Shown in pieces: positions 1-11,378 of a stretch of 64,000 bases of DNA. Under the pieces are notes generated by a model. That model was given only the letters and a program-made list of their open reading frames with translations. It ran no database searches and had not been told where the DNA came from. The position numbers were made by a program, and so were the translations under genes. The stretch is taken from positions 130,902-194,901 of the forward strand of contig NMRA01000262.1 in assembly GCA_002633005.1 (NCBI GenBank), given 5' to 3'. Numbering within the stretch: the first letter of the stretch is position 1; every line of letters starts with the position of its first letter. The stretch comes from Phoronis australis (lineage: Eukaryota > Animalia > Phoronida).

Positions 1-65
1 ACAGTAGTAAACTAATAGGGAATATAAGTTTTTTGAAACGCAGACTGAGCAAATCTATAACTCAC

Positions 66-230
66 CTGAAACATTGGCATGCCCTTGACCTTTGACTCGT
101 GCTTCAAGGAGGTAAAGGCAGCATGGTCAAGTTCACGGTCAGGCACATTAAAGACCCGCGCCAGGGCCAGCTCACTCCTACTGTTGACGAGCAGTTGAAG
201 GTAGGAAGTGAACACCAGCTCCAAGTATAC
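66..230 (-). CDS. PARPBP: PARPBP/PARI (PCNA-interacting partner) coding exon 5; the gene continues beyond the left edge
   Basis: Splice sites ttctcgtcgtcag|GTA...CAG|gtgagt, 165 nt, phase 0-0. The peptide YLQLLVNSRSELALARVFNVPDRELDHAAFTSLKH matches the recalled conserved PARPBP block [35 protein letters not shown]. Confidence 0.9.
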
Positions 231-765
231 CTGACGACGAGAAAAGTAGTCCGTTATAACGGACAAAGAAAAGTACTTTGGAGAAAGAATTGATAAAAGC
301 AGTCCAGTTACATGGTAGAATTTGAAAGAAAACAACAAATTACAAAGTGTTTTAATCATGACATGTTTTGATGAGAATGTCTCAAGCTAGAGTGATAAGT
401 TGTGGGGTGAGGTATAAACATGAGATGATAATAAAGAGATAGATTAGGCTGGACATTCATGAACAGTAGCTTCTTGAGAACAGTGGACGATGCTAAAACA
501 TGTTATATCACTGTGTTGAAGTTTTTTTATATATTTTACATATCTTCTTCTTTATTCTAATAACTCCCAAAGCATGTCTCTGAGATAATTTGTTATATAT
601 GACCTTTAGCCTCAGAACATGTCTGTCGAATATTACAACTTTTGAATTTTCCACACCTTTCACTTTGAAAGACAGAGGGTTCGTGATCAAATTTTTATGT
701 ATTTGAATGTTATGGTGGCCTATATACAAAGAGAACAAATTACTGCATCATTATCCTGTCCTTAC

Positions 766-936
766 CTCTGTGACAGAAAATGTTGTGGAACTACTATTAT
801 TGACTGAAGATGCTAATACTTCATCATAGCTAGATGGACTGGTGATGACATTGCAAGCGTCACTGCCATCTAGTGGTAGCTCCAAGTTTGTTTTGAAGAC
901 CGTTTTACTTTTACAAAGCAAAGAGAATGCAGCTTT
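766..936 (-). CDS. PARPBP: PARPBP coding exon 4 (Ser/Thr-rich linker)
   Basis: Splice sites tattttcag|AAA...GAG|gtaagg, 171 nt open, phase 0-0, in frame with both neighbouring exons. Confidence 0.8.
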
Positions 937-1779
937 CTGAAAATACAATATCCAGCTGTAAACTAGATAGTAATATAGTGAACAGCATGTAGAATCACAC
1001 ACTGTGTATTACAGTACAAATTAAATGGCAGAATAACCCATACCAATGAAGACTGGTTCTCAACAGCCACCACTGCACAAAAGTTGTACCTTGAGTAGCA
1101 TGATTGATCTCACTAAAGCTTTTTCCAATTCAAAAAAATCTCCACTTTGGGAGAGCGGAAAAATAAATATTTCACGTCAGTTCGATACGTGTACAAAAAT
1201 TGAGAGTCAGATTATTGGGCATCTCAAATTCAAGGTCACGGGAAGCAGACGTGTAAATGATCAGCCTTACTTTTTATGAACTTCTTGACTTTACTTTCAA
1301 AATTTTTGACACAAATGTTGGCGTGGTCCCCAATTTGAGAAAATATGACAGATGCAAAAATCCCCCACGTTTCAAATTTCAAAATAAGGAAAATTCAATT
1401 TCACCAAGGATTCTGTTGTCCCAAATTTTGGCGACTGTCCCAAACCAGGGAACTTTTACCTTAGTTGACACTTTACAATATTATTAAACAAAATTTCTAA
1501 ACATAAAATTTATATAAATAAAACTGAATATCAAGAGTTCATTCTGGTAACTACAAACTTACACAAAATGCACTTGAATACAAGAGATTTCTCAATTCAA
1601 AACAGAAAAATCTTTTTTCAGCATAGTGGCAACTTGCTGAAATACGTTGTGTAACTAGATGACCAAAGTTTTTCTTGAACAAAGATTCGCTGCCACTTAC
1701 AATTTGCCGCATGTGGAAAAGGACTTCAAGAAGCAGGATTTAACAGCGTTTATGAATCTTTGTAGTTAACATGACAACA

Positions 1780-2027
1780 CATTATGACTGTGGTGCATAA
1801 GGTTATTCAAATACATCTTTACTCTCTCCATTATGACTGTGGTGCATAAGGTTATTCAAATATATCTTTACTCTCTCCATTATGACTGTGGTGCATAAGG
1901 TTATTCAAATACATCTTTACTCTCTCCATTATGACTGTGGTGCATAAGGTTATTCAAATACATCTTTACTCTCTCCATTATGACTGTGGTGCATAAGGTT
2001 ATTCAAATACATCTTTACTCTCTCCAT
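1780..2027. repeat. Minisatellite, 49 bp x ~5
   Basis: Near-identical tandem units cattatgactgtggtgcataaggttattcaaatacatctttactctctc. Confidence 0.95.
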
Positions 2028-2293
2028 CATGTGCCTGCAAAAATTTAGATAAATCTTGTTTGTACTCTAGATATCGTCTTAATTTGTATAAATGCTTAAT
2101 TTTTCACCCAAAACTTGCAGACTCTGCTTATATATAATCTTACTATAAGCTAAAACAATGTCTGGGATTCTCTTTTTCAGGTCGTTCAAAACTGAAAAAT
2201 TTGGAAGTAAAATGTTGTTATTGCACCCAAGTCATTTCAAGATGTTTGCTGCAGAGTACATTGGTCATCTCCACATTTTTATGAGAGACTCAC

Positions 2294-2560
2294 CTCAACT
2301 TCTCCTGCTGGTGCGTAAAATGCCACAATGTCCAGTTTGGTTATAAAGCATAGCAGTTCCTCATTTCTGGTCAGTTCTTCCATTAACCCATTGATGATGT
2401 CCAAATAATCTGATGCATTGGAATCTTTCAGGAACTGAGCGTATAAGTTGAACACATCCTCGTCAATTGTCTCTGCACACTCACTTGACAGTTTCCTTCC
2501 AATCAGTGCTCTGTTTGCTATGAGAACATCACTCATGTCGGAGTCAAAGTCACCGTTCAG
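2294..2560 (-). CDS. PARPBP: PARPBP coding exon 3
   Basis: Splice sites ctattatag|CTG...GAG|gtgagt, 267 nt. LNGDFDSDMSDVL...LYAQFLKDSNASDYLDI resembles recalled HSGEFTVSLSDVL...IYDDFLKNSNMLDLIDV. Confidence 0.87.
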
Positions 2561-2978
2561 CTATAATAGAGTGACCATTCTTATCAGGGAGCAGTGTCTC
2601 CAAAACCAGATGATAGACAATAGAGCATTTCTTTCTACCATATTGGTGTGATCCAAGTGTAGACAGGGTTTCAATGTCACGTGAATTTAGTAATACACGT
2701 GAATTTTGAAATGTTTTGTTATGGAGATCAATATGGTGATGGAGAAATGAAAAGGAATCGCCTATATGATGTTTATTTGTTATGCTTATCTATACCGTTA
2801 ATCCCAAGTCAACTTTATAAGGACACGTTTTATGTAAACATTATTTTAAAAATGTCACATACTCGTCTGGTTAATACTGATGCTCAACTGAACACCCCCC
2901 GCAGTTTCGAAATTTTCGCATATGTTGCATTTCACATTCTTGTTTATACAATTGAGAAAAGCATGTGATGTGTGTCTT

Positions 2979-3308
2979 AATTTGTGAACACCCATCCAAG
3001 TCACATTTGTGAACACGCATCCCAGTCAAATTTGTGAACACGCATCCCAGTCAAATTTGTGAACATCCATCCAAGTCACATTTGTGAACACGCATACCAG
3101 TCAAATTTGTGAACACGCATCCCAGTCAAATTTGTGAACACCCATCCAAGTCACATTTGTGAACACACATCCCAGTCAAATTTGTGAACACCCATCAAAG
3201 TCAAATTTGTGAACACGCATCCCAGTCAAATTTGTGAACACCCATCCAAGTCACATTTGTGAACACGCATCCTAGTCAAATTTGTGAACACCCATCCTAG
3301 TCCAATTT
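2979..3308. repeat. Minisatellite, 24-25 bp x ~13
   Basis: Unit aatttgtgaacac(c/g)catcc(a/c)agtca, with alternating variants. Confidence 0.95.
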
Positions 3309-3601
3309 GGATTCCGCAACATGCAAAGCTGGCCTGCCTTTCAGTAACAAACAAGAGTTTCAGCAACAGAAAATACTCAATCTTTCTATTTGCTGAGTCA
3401 CTTTTCTCACAAAAAGTAGTTTTATGATAATTTTTTCTAATTATCACTCTAAGGATTAATTAATTAAGGATAACTCAGGGGGGAATTATTTCCCCCTCAT
3501 TGGAAAAAAATGTTGCATCAAAAGTCACAGACTCATTTCGCCTCAAGTGAGCATTAGGACCCTGTACGTATACAAGCCCGCGAGCTCAAACTTCACATTA
3601 C

Positions 3602-3825
3602 CTGTTTGTTCCTCTCAGCCAAACACAGCTGTAGTACTACTAATTGGTCTTCTTCATTAATAATAATTTCCCGCTCATTTCTGTGTAGACCAAACCTTCG
3701 ATATAGCCAGACCAGACAAGACATTACAGTGGGAAATGCAAGTACATCAGGCGTACCCTCCAACTTGCAGTCACATCCGACTACCACAGTCATCCTGGAT
3801 TCTAAGCAGTCTGACGTAGACTTAT
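3602..3825 (-). CDS. PARPBP: PARPBP coding exon 2
   Basis: Splice sites taatttcag|AT...CAG|gtaatg, 224 nt, phase 1-0. Ends LVVLQLCLAERNKQ, compared with recalled LLALQLSMAENNKQ. Confidence 0.87.
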
Positions 3826-4035
3826 CTGAAATTAATAAAATGAGACATTCTGTTTTCTTCTAAAGGCGAAGCCAATGGTTTGAGTTTTGTTTATACAAAA
3901 CATACAAATCATATGTTAGATAAACATTTTAGAGTTACAACAGTTCACTGTACAGAAGAGCTGGAAAATGAAAAAGGTAAAGGTCGTTTTGGGAATTATT
4001 TTTGGTGATATAGCACTGTAAACAGAAAGCCTTAC

Positions 4036-4126
4036 CACTGTTCAAGAAGGTGGTTATTTTCCTGATGATATTGGATACATCATCCCCATCTGGTTCACTG
4101 GATAAAAATAAGGCTGAAGACAGCAT
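4036..4126 (-). CDS. PARPBP: PARPBP probable first coding exon (exon spans 4036-4133, ATG at 4126)
   Basis: Acceptor tgtttcag| at 4134-4135 and donor G|gtaagg. 30 codons + 1 nt give phase 1, which joins the next exon in frame (N-S-D-K). Confidence 0.65.
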
Positions 4127-6862
4127 GATGAAACTGAAACAATACACATGTTCACCAAGTTAGATTAATTTTAACTGAATGACACATCAGCTGCACTGTT
4201 GTTAGTAGGAAAAGATCCCATACGCGCAGTTAGGCGCGAACAGAGAAGGCAACTAGAAGATACAGACTTTTAAATTTAATAAAACTGCGAGATTGCATAG
4301 AATATATTCAATCTGTCCAAAAATAAAAAATGTGTTGTTGTCTGCTTAATAGAAGAAGCTATATTTGCCCAAGTTGCATGAAATTCTGAAGACATAGAGG
4401 TAAAGGAAAAAACTAATCTTGCCACTAGGGGGCACAGTGGTAGTCAGATCCTGCAGAAAGTTGTCATATATCATTACTCGTTGTCACCTTCATAGAAAAA
4501 CATTTGCAAAACTTTCACAAAGATCCTGAAAGCGATCATGCGTGCCGCCTGCCCCGCCCCCCAAGGTCAGCCACGTTTGAACCAGCATCTAAATCATTCA
4601 GCCAATTAAGAGAAATTTGCCACCTGGCAAGCAATTAAAAGTGGCTTTACATGGCTGTAGGTCACACCTGGAAGCCCATGTGGCAACACACAAAGACTTT
4701 ATGACACCCACCGTATATTTACCAAACTCTTCCCCATCCAATGATTAAGGATAATGCCACCTTGTCAGCTGTGCCAAGCCGGCATGGCACTGGTAGCAAA
4801 GACTGGGATCTGTCTAATGCTGCTTGGAACTTAACCAATCAGAGTATCCCCCTTCTACATCCGTCTGCACTTCAAACTCAGGAAACTGTGTGGCTCCTCT
4901 CTATGGTGTGCAGTACAAAGTTCAGTGCAGGCACCAGTGACAGTGTAATAGTGGAAAATCTCCTTTTGCTAGGTTTGGAACCCAGAACCTCTTGCTTTAG
5001 CTGGCAACTTAACAAGCTAATCAAAATCAAACAGCAATTGAACATATGTGCATACAGACAAATCCTAAAGATTACAGAGGTCTTTAAAACTCACTGCATT
5101 CTGCAGATTAGAGAGTACCACCGTCTCACTTGGAAGTAAGGGACAATGGCCATCCCATGATATCATATATTAAACATAACTATCCAAGATATTAGCTATA
5201 GAGCAAGGTCAGGCAATAGGTAGCATTCGAAAGTTCTTTATACTTCACTGCCAAATGTACTTAAACTAACTTTGATGGTTAAATCAGTAAATGTCTCCAT
5301 TTAAACGGTCAAAATTTCGTAACTCAGAAAATAGCAACAAGAAGTTTGTGACGAATTTGTTCTGGCTTGTGTGTGTTACTAGTAAGTGCATTCCTAGCCA
5401 AGTAGTGCCCGAGGTGCTTTGCACAAAACATGTTGTCCACTGAGAATGGCTCAAACCTCATAGCAGGTCAGGTTGCGGCCACATGAGGCAGCTTGGTTAA
5501 TTTCGTTATGTTCAACCAACAGAAATGGCCAATAAACGGTGATTTTTGGGACTGGGTGTGAACTGCATCGCGAGATGACCACGCCGAAACTTGACACACA
5601 GGCTATCTAAGCACTTATTCAAGTCCAATTTCGGCTGTTTGTTTGCCAAGGTTTTCTAAATGCCAAACTTGCAACAGGTAACATGTGGGTGGCCACCACC
5701 TGGCATGACCTTTTACAGAACTGAGAAGTGCTTCTGGTAGCAACAGCCAATAAACGGTGCTTTTCTTGGAACTTGGAACCTTTTTACAAAAGGTCCATTT
5801 CTGAAACAGGTAACAATTAATGGCTGATAAACGGTGCTTTTCTTGGATGTGACTTATAAAAATTTTAAACACCTCCCATTTGCACAATATGTCTTCATTT
5901 CTGTGTAAATGTTTTGTTATTCGCAGAGGCCACCCAGGGGAGCTGATCTGAATGTGGGCATAAGACAACCTCGGCAAGATAACACCCCAAATTTGAACAG
6001 TAAGCGCATGCTGGCTGGAGTGGCAAGCTCCTACGGTTGGCCACACGATGCAGTCCAGGTCAGTCCCCGGGTAATTGGCCTCCATGAATTTCAATAAGTG
6101 CCAAGAAAAGCACTATTTATAGCGCAGATTTAATCCATTGTTAACAGTTTCAGAAATTCATCTTTGAAAAATTTTGTAACTGCCAAGAAAAACTCCTTTC
6201 TGGAAAGGGTAGAACCGAACCTGACAGCGGGTCGGCAGTGGCCGCAAACTTAATAAGTTAATTAGCTGCGCAAGCATACAACCCGAAAGGCACCGTGAAT
6301 GCCGCAGGCATATAGCCTAACTAGCCAACTGAGGGGCTACGTGTTGCCTAACAACCGAAAGGCGAAGGTGAAATTTTTAAGAAGTGCGCTCAGAAGCTGT
6401 CAGCATATCAGGGAGGTGTGCACCCCCTATCCGGCAAGGCGACCTGTACTCGACAACATAGGTAATTACATCGCCATGGATGCCGCTGGCCAACCGAGGG
6501 GCTACCTGATCAACAACACAGCTGGGGACTATCCATCACTACAATGAGTGTTTTTTACCCACCTCTCTCCGCCAACCAGGACAGGGCGTAGTGCCCGCAG
6601 ACTTAATGGAGCCAGGCGGCAACGTTTGCTTGGAATTGAAATTTTCGCAGGTTTGATTAGCGGAGTAAATTGTTACCGTTTAAATGGTAACAGTTCTCGT
6701 TTGTACCTAGCCAGCCAGCTAGCTGTATGAAGACTGTCGTCAAAATTTAGCTAGGAACCACTGTGTATATTTTAATTTTATTATTTATTTATATACAGCT
6801 TTGGAAAAGCTTTGTAGCAAGGCTAGTTTGTACCCTAAATCGTGCCACTGTTGGACAGTTGG

Positions 6863-7014
6863 CATGGGCGGCGCACCATAGGGGGGCTATAGCCTATAGC
6901 CCCACTTTTTTCAGTACTATGCCGCACATGGTCTACAGGCAGTGCACCACAGGGGGGGGGGGCTGAGGGGTCTTCAGCCCTCCCCCCACTTTTTTCAGTG
7001 CTGCGCCGCCCATG
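6863..7014. mobile_element. ~150 bp MITE with CATGGGCGGCGCA TIRs (other copies at ~8559-8700 and, inverted, at 62209-62353)
   Basis: Ends catgggcggcgca ... tgcgccgcccatg, flanked on both sides by gttgg (possible 5-bp TSD). Confidence 0.8.
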
Positions 7015-7056
7015 GTTGGAGGCATTAATTCGCCGAAAAACTTCCCATGTGTGAAG

Positions 7057-7148
7057 CACAGGCGTCCTCAGCTTCTGACCGTCCCCAATACACTATATAG
7101 TATATATTATAGTGTACTGGGGACGATCAGAAGCTGAGGACGCCTGTG
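7057..7148. mobile_element. 92-bp palindromic MITE with CAC...GTG ends (CACTA/CMC-like)
   Basis: cacaggcgtcctcagcttctga ... tcagaagctgaggacgcctgtg, with AAG directly on both sides (3-bp TSD). Confidence 0.7.
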
Positions 7149-7167
7149 AAGGGCAGTATCCCAACTC

Positions 7168-7230
7168 GACTCAACTTCCAACTCGACCAAGACTAAGACT
7201 CTTAGTCTTGGTCGAGTTGGAAGTTGAGTC
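7168..7230. repeat. Perfect palindrome, 30-bp arms and 3-nt loop
   Basis: gactcaacttccaactcgaccaagactaag-act-cttagtcttggtcgagttggaagttgagtc. Confidence 0.95.
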
Positions 7231-8715
7231 CCTTAGTAAGAGGCACAAGTAACTCTTGTCACCTTCGCTTTCGGCTCTTCATAACTTCAAAAGAACAAAA
7301 AGTGTGAACAGCGATAAAGAAACATTTTCTCGAATTCAACTTCAAGTGGAAACAATGCTACTTCAATTTTTGATTATTTTTTCACACGACCGGGTACTTG
7401 AGCGTTGTTACCTGTTTTGTTATCGAACACCTGTCAATCTGCGAACATCACCATTACTGAGTTTTAAAAGATGACCTATATTTAGCAACCAATCAAAGCC
7501 TGTTAAAATGTGTCGATTGCGGAATTCAACGAGAGATCCCGAGGAATTGCACAATATGTCTTTCTAAAAAAGATAACAATGGTCAATAAACAGTGCATTT
7601 GTGTGTAAATGTTTTGTTATTCGCAGAGACCACCCAGGGGAGCTGATCTGAATGTGGGCATAAGGCAACCTCGGCAAGATAACACCCCAAATTTGAACAT
7701 TAAGCGCATGCTGGCTGGAGTGGCAAGCTCCTACATGGTTGGCCACACGATGCAGTCCACAGCCAGGTCAGTCCCCGGGTAATTGGCCTCCATGAATTTC
7801 AATAATTTTTCTAAGTGCACTATTTATAGCGCAGATTTAATCTATTGTTAACAGTTTCAGAAATTCATCTTTGAAAAATTTTATAACTGCCAAGAAAAAC
7901 TCCTATCTGAAAAGGGTAGAAACGAACCTGACAGCGGGTCGGCAGTGGCCGCAAACTTAATAAGTTAATTAGCTGCGCTAGCATACAACCCGAAAGGCAC
8001 CGTGAATGCCGCAGGCATATAGCCTTACCAGTCAACTGAGGGGCTACGTGTTGCCAAACAACCCAAAGGCGAAGGTGAAATTTTTAAGAAGTGCACTCAG
8101 AAGCTGTCAGTATATCAGGGAGGTGTGCACCCCCTATTCGGCAAGGCAACCTGTACTCAACAACATAGGCAATTACATCGCCATGGATGCCGCTGGCCAA
8201 CCGAGGGGCTACCTGTTGCCAATCAACAAGACAGCTGGGGACTATCCATCACTATAGTGAGTGTTTTTTACCCACCTCTCTCCGCCAACCAGGACAGGGC
8301 ATAGTGCCAGCAGACTATGGAGCCAGGCGGCAACGTTTGCATGGAATTGAAATTTTCGCAGGTTAATTAGCAGAGTAAATTGTTACCGTTTAAATGGTAA
8401 CAGTTATCGTTTGTACCTAGCCAGCCAGCTAGGTACCACTGTGTATATTTTAATTTTATTATTTGTATACAATGAGCTTTGGCAAAGCTTTGTACCAACA
8501 AGGAACAAGGCTAGTTTGTACCCTAAAAGGCTAAATCGTGCCACTGTTGAACAGTTGGCATGGGTGGCGCACCATAGGGGGGCTATAGCCCCCACTTTTT
8601 CAGTGCTATGCCACACATGGTCTACAGGCAGTGCACCACAGGGGGGGGGCTGAGGGGGCTTCAGCCCTCCCCCACTTTTTTCAGTGCTGCGCCGCCCATG
8701 GTTGGCAGTGGCGGA

Positions 8716-9093
8716 NNNNNNNNNNNNNNNNNNNNNNNNNNNNNNNNNNNNNNNNNNNNNNNNNNNNNNNNNNNNNNNNNNNNNNNNNNNNNNNNNNNNN
8801 NNNNNNNNNNNNNNNNNNNNNNNNNNNNNNNNNNNNNNNNNNNNNNNNNNNNNNNNNNNNNNNNNNNNNNNNNNNNNNNNNNNNNNNNNNNNNNNNNNNN
8901 NNNNNNNNNNNNNNNNNNNNNNNNNNNNNNNNNNNNNNNNNNNNNNNNNNNNNNNNNNNNNNNNNNNNNNNNNNNNNNNNNNNNNNNNNNNNNNNNNNNN
9001 NNNNNNNNNNNNNNNNNNNNNNNNNNNNNNNNNNNNNNNNNNNNNNNNNNNNNNNNNNNNNNNNNNNNNNNNNNNNNNNNNNNNNNNNNNNNN
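8716..9093. other. Assembly gap
   Basis: Run of N. Confidence 1.
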
Positions 9094-9468
9094 ATGCGAT
9101 CGTCCATTTTAGGCCGACTTGGGGGTCTAAATTGCACCCTCTCTCGGTGAAATCAAAACGAGGCAACGCTGTAAAAAAACGAGACGGTGCCGGACATTGA
9201 ATGCATTACAACGGAACAAAAATTGGTGTCATTTAATTCTCAGATTATGCTTCAAGTAAGATTCTATGAAATGTCCGATATTTAGGTTCCGTCCGATAAT
9301 TAGGTACACTATGTGTAACTTGTCACCTTCGCCCTCGGCCCTTCGTAACTTCAAAAGAACAAAAAGTGTGAACAACGAAACGTTTTCTCGAATTCGACTT
9401 CAAGTGGAAACAATGTTACTTCAATTTTTGATTATTTTTCACACGACCGGGTACTTGAGCGTTGTTAC

Positions 9469-9753
9469 CTGTTTTGTTATCGAACACCTGTCAATCCGCG
9501 AACATCACATCACTGAGTTTTAAAAGTTGACCTATATTTAGCAACCAATCAAAGCCTGTTAAAATGTGTCGATTGCGGAATTCAACGAGAGATTCCGAAG
9601 AATTGCACAGGAATTTTACTTCCGGGTTGGTCCAAAACGGAAATGTGGTGGAGCTGTTGAGAGCGGTAAACATTGTACTTGTCACTGCAGTCCTAATTTA
9701 CTGGTTCCTGTCGAGAACTAAGCAACATGCTGTCAGTCGCGTCGTTTTATCAG
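9469..9753. promoter_or_regulatory. Putative bidirectional promoter with outward-facing first exons (PARPBP on -, receptor gene on +)
   Basis: CpG-containing segment. Minus-strand donor CAG|gtaaca at 9469/9468 and plus-strand donor CAG|gtaaag at 9753/9754. CCAAT at 9545; inverted ETS-like sites ACTTCCGG at 9618 and CGGAAAT at 9638. Lies upstream of both genes. Confidence 0.6.
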
Positions 9754-10701
9754 GTAAAGTAGACACTGACTGTTTTGAAATAATTGGTCTGTAATTTGTA
9801 ATCGGGGTTCTGCAATTCTTCCTCTACTTTCTAGACTAGAGACTAAGAGAGTAGAGTAGTTGTGTACAGACTATACTTGTAGTTGTAGTTTGTTTAGCCG
9901 GTAATGGTGACAAATACGGCTCCCAAGGTACTTCTTTTTTCCCCACCAATTCACATTTTCCGGTAAATATAGCTAATATCTTGGGTACCAATAGTTTCTA
10001 TCTAGTCTATCCTCTCCTTGTGAGGTTAATTTTGCTTTAAAAACGCCATTGTTGCACAAATATAAACGAATTTCCCGTCATTTTTTCTGTCGTGTAAATA
10101 ACCAGCAAATGACTACAAGATTGTTTTCTTAGACATATACTAAAACCCCCGTGTAGGCTGCACTATTACTAAATTCGCTGAACAACATGATTAAGACATT
10201 AAGTCTCCACCAAACACACACTACAAAAGTTTAATTTAACTAAAATGGAAACGTATGGACGTATGGATAAATAATATCTGCATGGACCACGCAGTTGAAC
10301 ATGGTCGTCGTGTATGAAATGTGTCTGCCGACCACGCTACTCACGGAAGGGATGGCCGTATGAACGAAAATTTTCTCCCAACCATAGGCACTCTCTCATT
10401 TAAACCGCGTGGTTGTATCGATGGTCAAAAATTATTTGTGGGGACTACGCCTTCTCTAAGATACTTAAACAACGCAAGGTCGTTTGGACGAAAAATACCT
10501 GCCCGACCACAAGCGTTCTGAGACTAGCAAAATTGCATCAGGTCGGGTACGGGCGAAAATTAACAGCCCTGGGCACCCTCTCTCAGTCATTTAAAGTGCG
10601 TGGTCGTATGGTCAAAAATTATCTGTCGGGACCACGCCTTCTCTAAGATAGGCCTACTTATAACGCTTCCTAAAACCGCTCTGAGGTGGTGGCGTATTGC
10701 A

Positions 10702-10917
10702 AATATTATTAAAATCTTTTGGTCTATTTACAGCGACCTCTAGTCTATATACACTGTCACGACGTTTTGGTCGGTCTCATCTCTCCGGTCATCGTCAGGT
10801 GTTCCCGCGTTCTTAGAACACCTGACGTTGGCCGGAGAAGAGACCAACCGAAACGTCGTGACAGTGTATATAGACTAGAGATCGGTTTAAATAGACCAAG
10901 ACATTTTAATAATAGTT
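10702..10917. repeat. ~215-bp fold-back (MITE-like) inside the Merlin left arm
   Basis: Core ctctagtctatatacactgtcacgacgttt ... aaacgtcgtgacagtgtatatagactagag; imperfect pairing extends out to tattattaaaat/attttaataata. Confidence 0.85.
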
Positions 10918-11214
10918 CTACTTATAGGGCATGGTCGTTTGGACGAAAAATGGCCGTCCGACCACAAGCGTTCTGAGACTAGCAAAAACGTGTCTGGTCA
11001 GTACGGACGAAAATTAACAGCCCCAGCCACCCTTTCTCAGTCATTTAAAGCGCATGGTCGTATGGTCAAAAATTATCTGTCGGGACCACGCCTTCTCTAA
11101 GATAGTCCTACTTATAGCGCGTGGTCGTTTGGACAAAAAATAGCCGTCCGACCACAAGCATTCTGAGACTCGAGCAAAAACGTATCTTGTTGTTACGGAC
11201 GAAAATTAACTCCT

Positions 11215-11378
11215 CGAAAAACGCTAAGAGACGACTAAAAGCTATGTGCGGCGTGGGTGATGAGCAATTGCCAAGCCATCTTGACGAGTTCATGTGGCAT
11301 GGAGAACAAGGACAAACATCTAGTGCCGCGTTTTTTAACATACTTCACCCCTTGTCTGTCATATATCTGACGCCATGA
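11215..11378 (+). pseudogene. C-terminal remnant of a Merlin/ISXO2-type transposase
   Basis: KNAKRRLKAMCGVGDEQLPSHLDEFMW fits the IS1595-family C-terminal motif (K..LK...G....L..YLDEF.WR). No upstream DDE core is visible. Confidence 0.75.

Larger units (their letters stand above)
5880..9609. repeat. Diverged tandem duplication (5880-7553 and 7547-9609) spanning the assembly gap
   Basis: 5880-7019 matches 7547-8705, and 7249-7553 matches 9315-9609, with scattered substitutions and indels. TTGCACA occurs at all three boundaries. Confidence 0.9.

Noticed and set aside
1701-1757. Extra PARPBP exon (ag|...|gtaagt on the minus strand)
   Set aside because: The ag-bounded open frame is phase 2-2, whereas the flanking exons join in phase 0; no PARPBP similarity.
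1780-3308. Regular 49-bp and 24-25-bp repeats (also the 38-bp array at 30360) as CRISPR-like arrays
   Set aside because: The units are head-to-tail with no unique spacers, there are no cas genes, and the context is a eukaryotic intron.
8608-9200. Five long ORFs in the ORF track
   Set aside because: They are artefacts of reading through the N gap.
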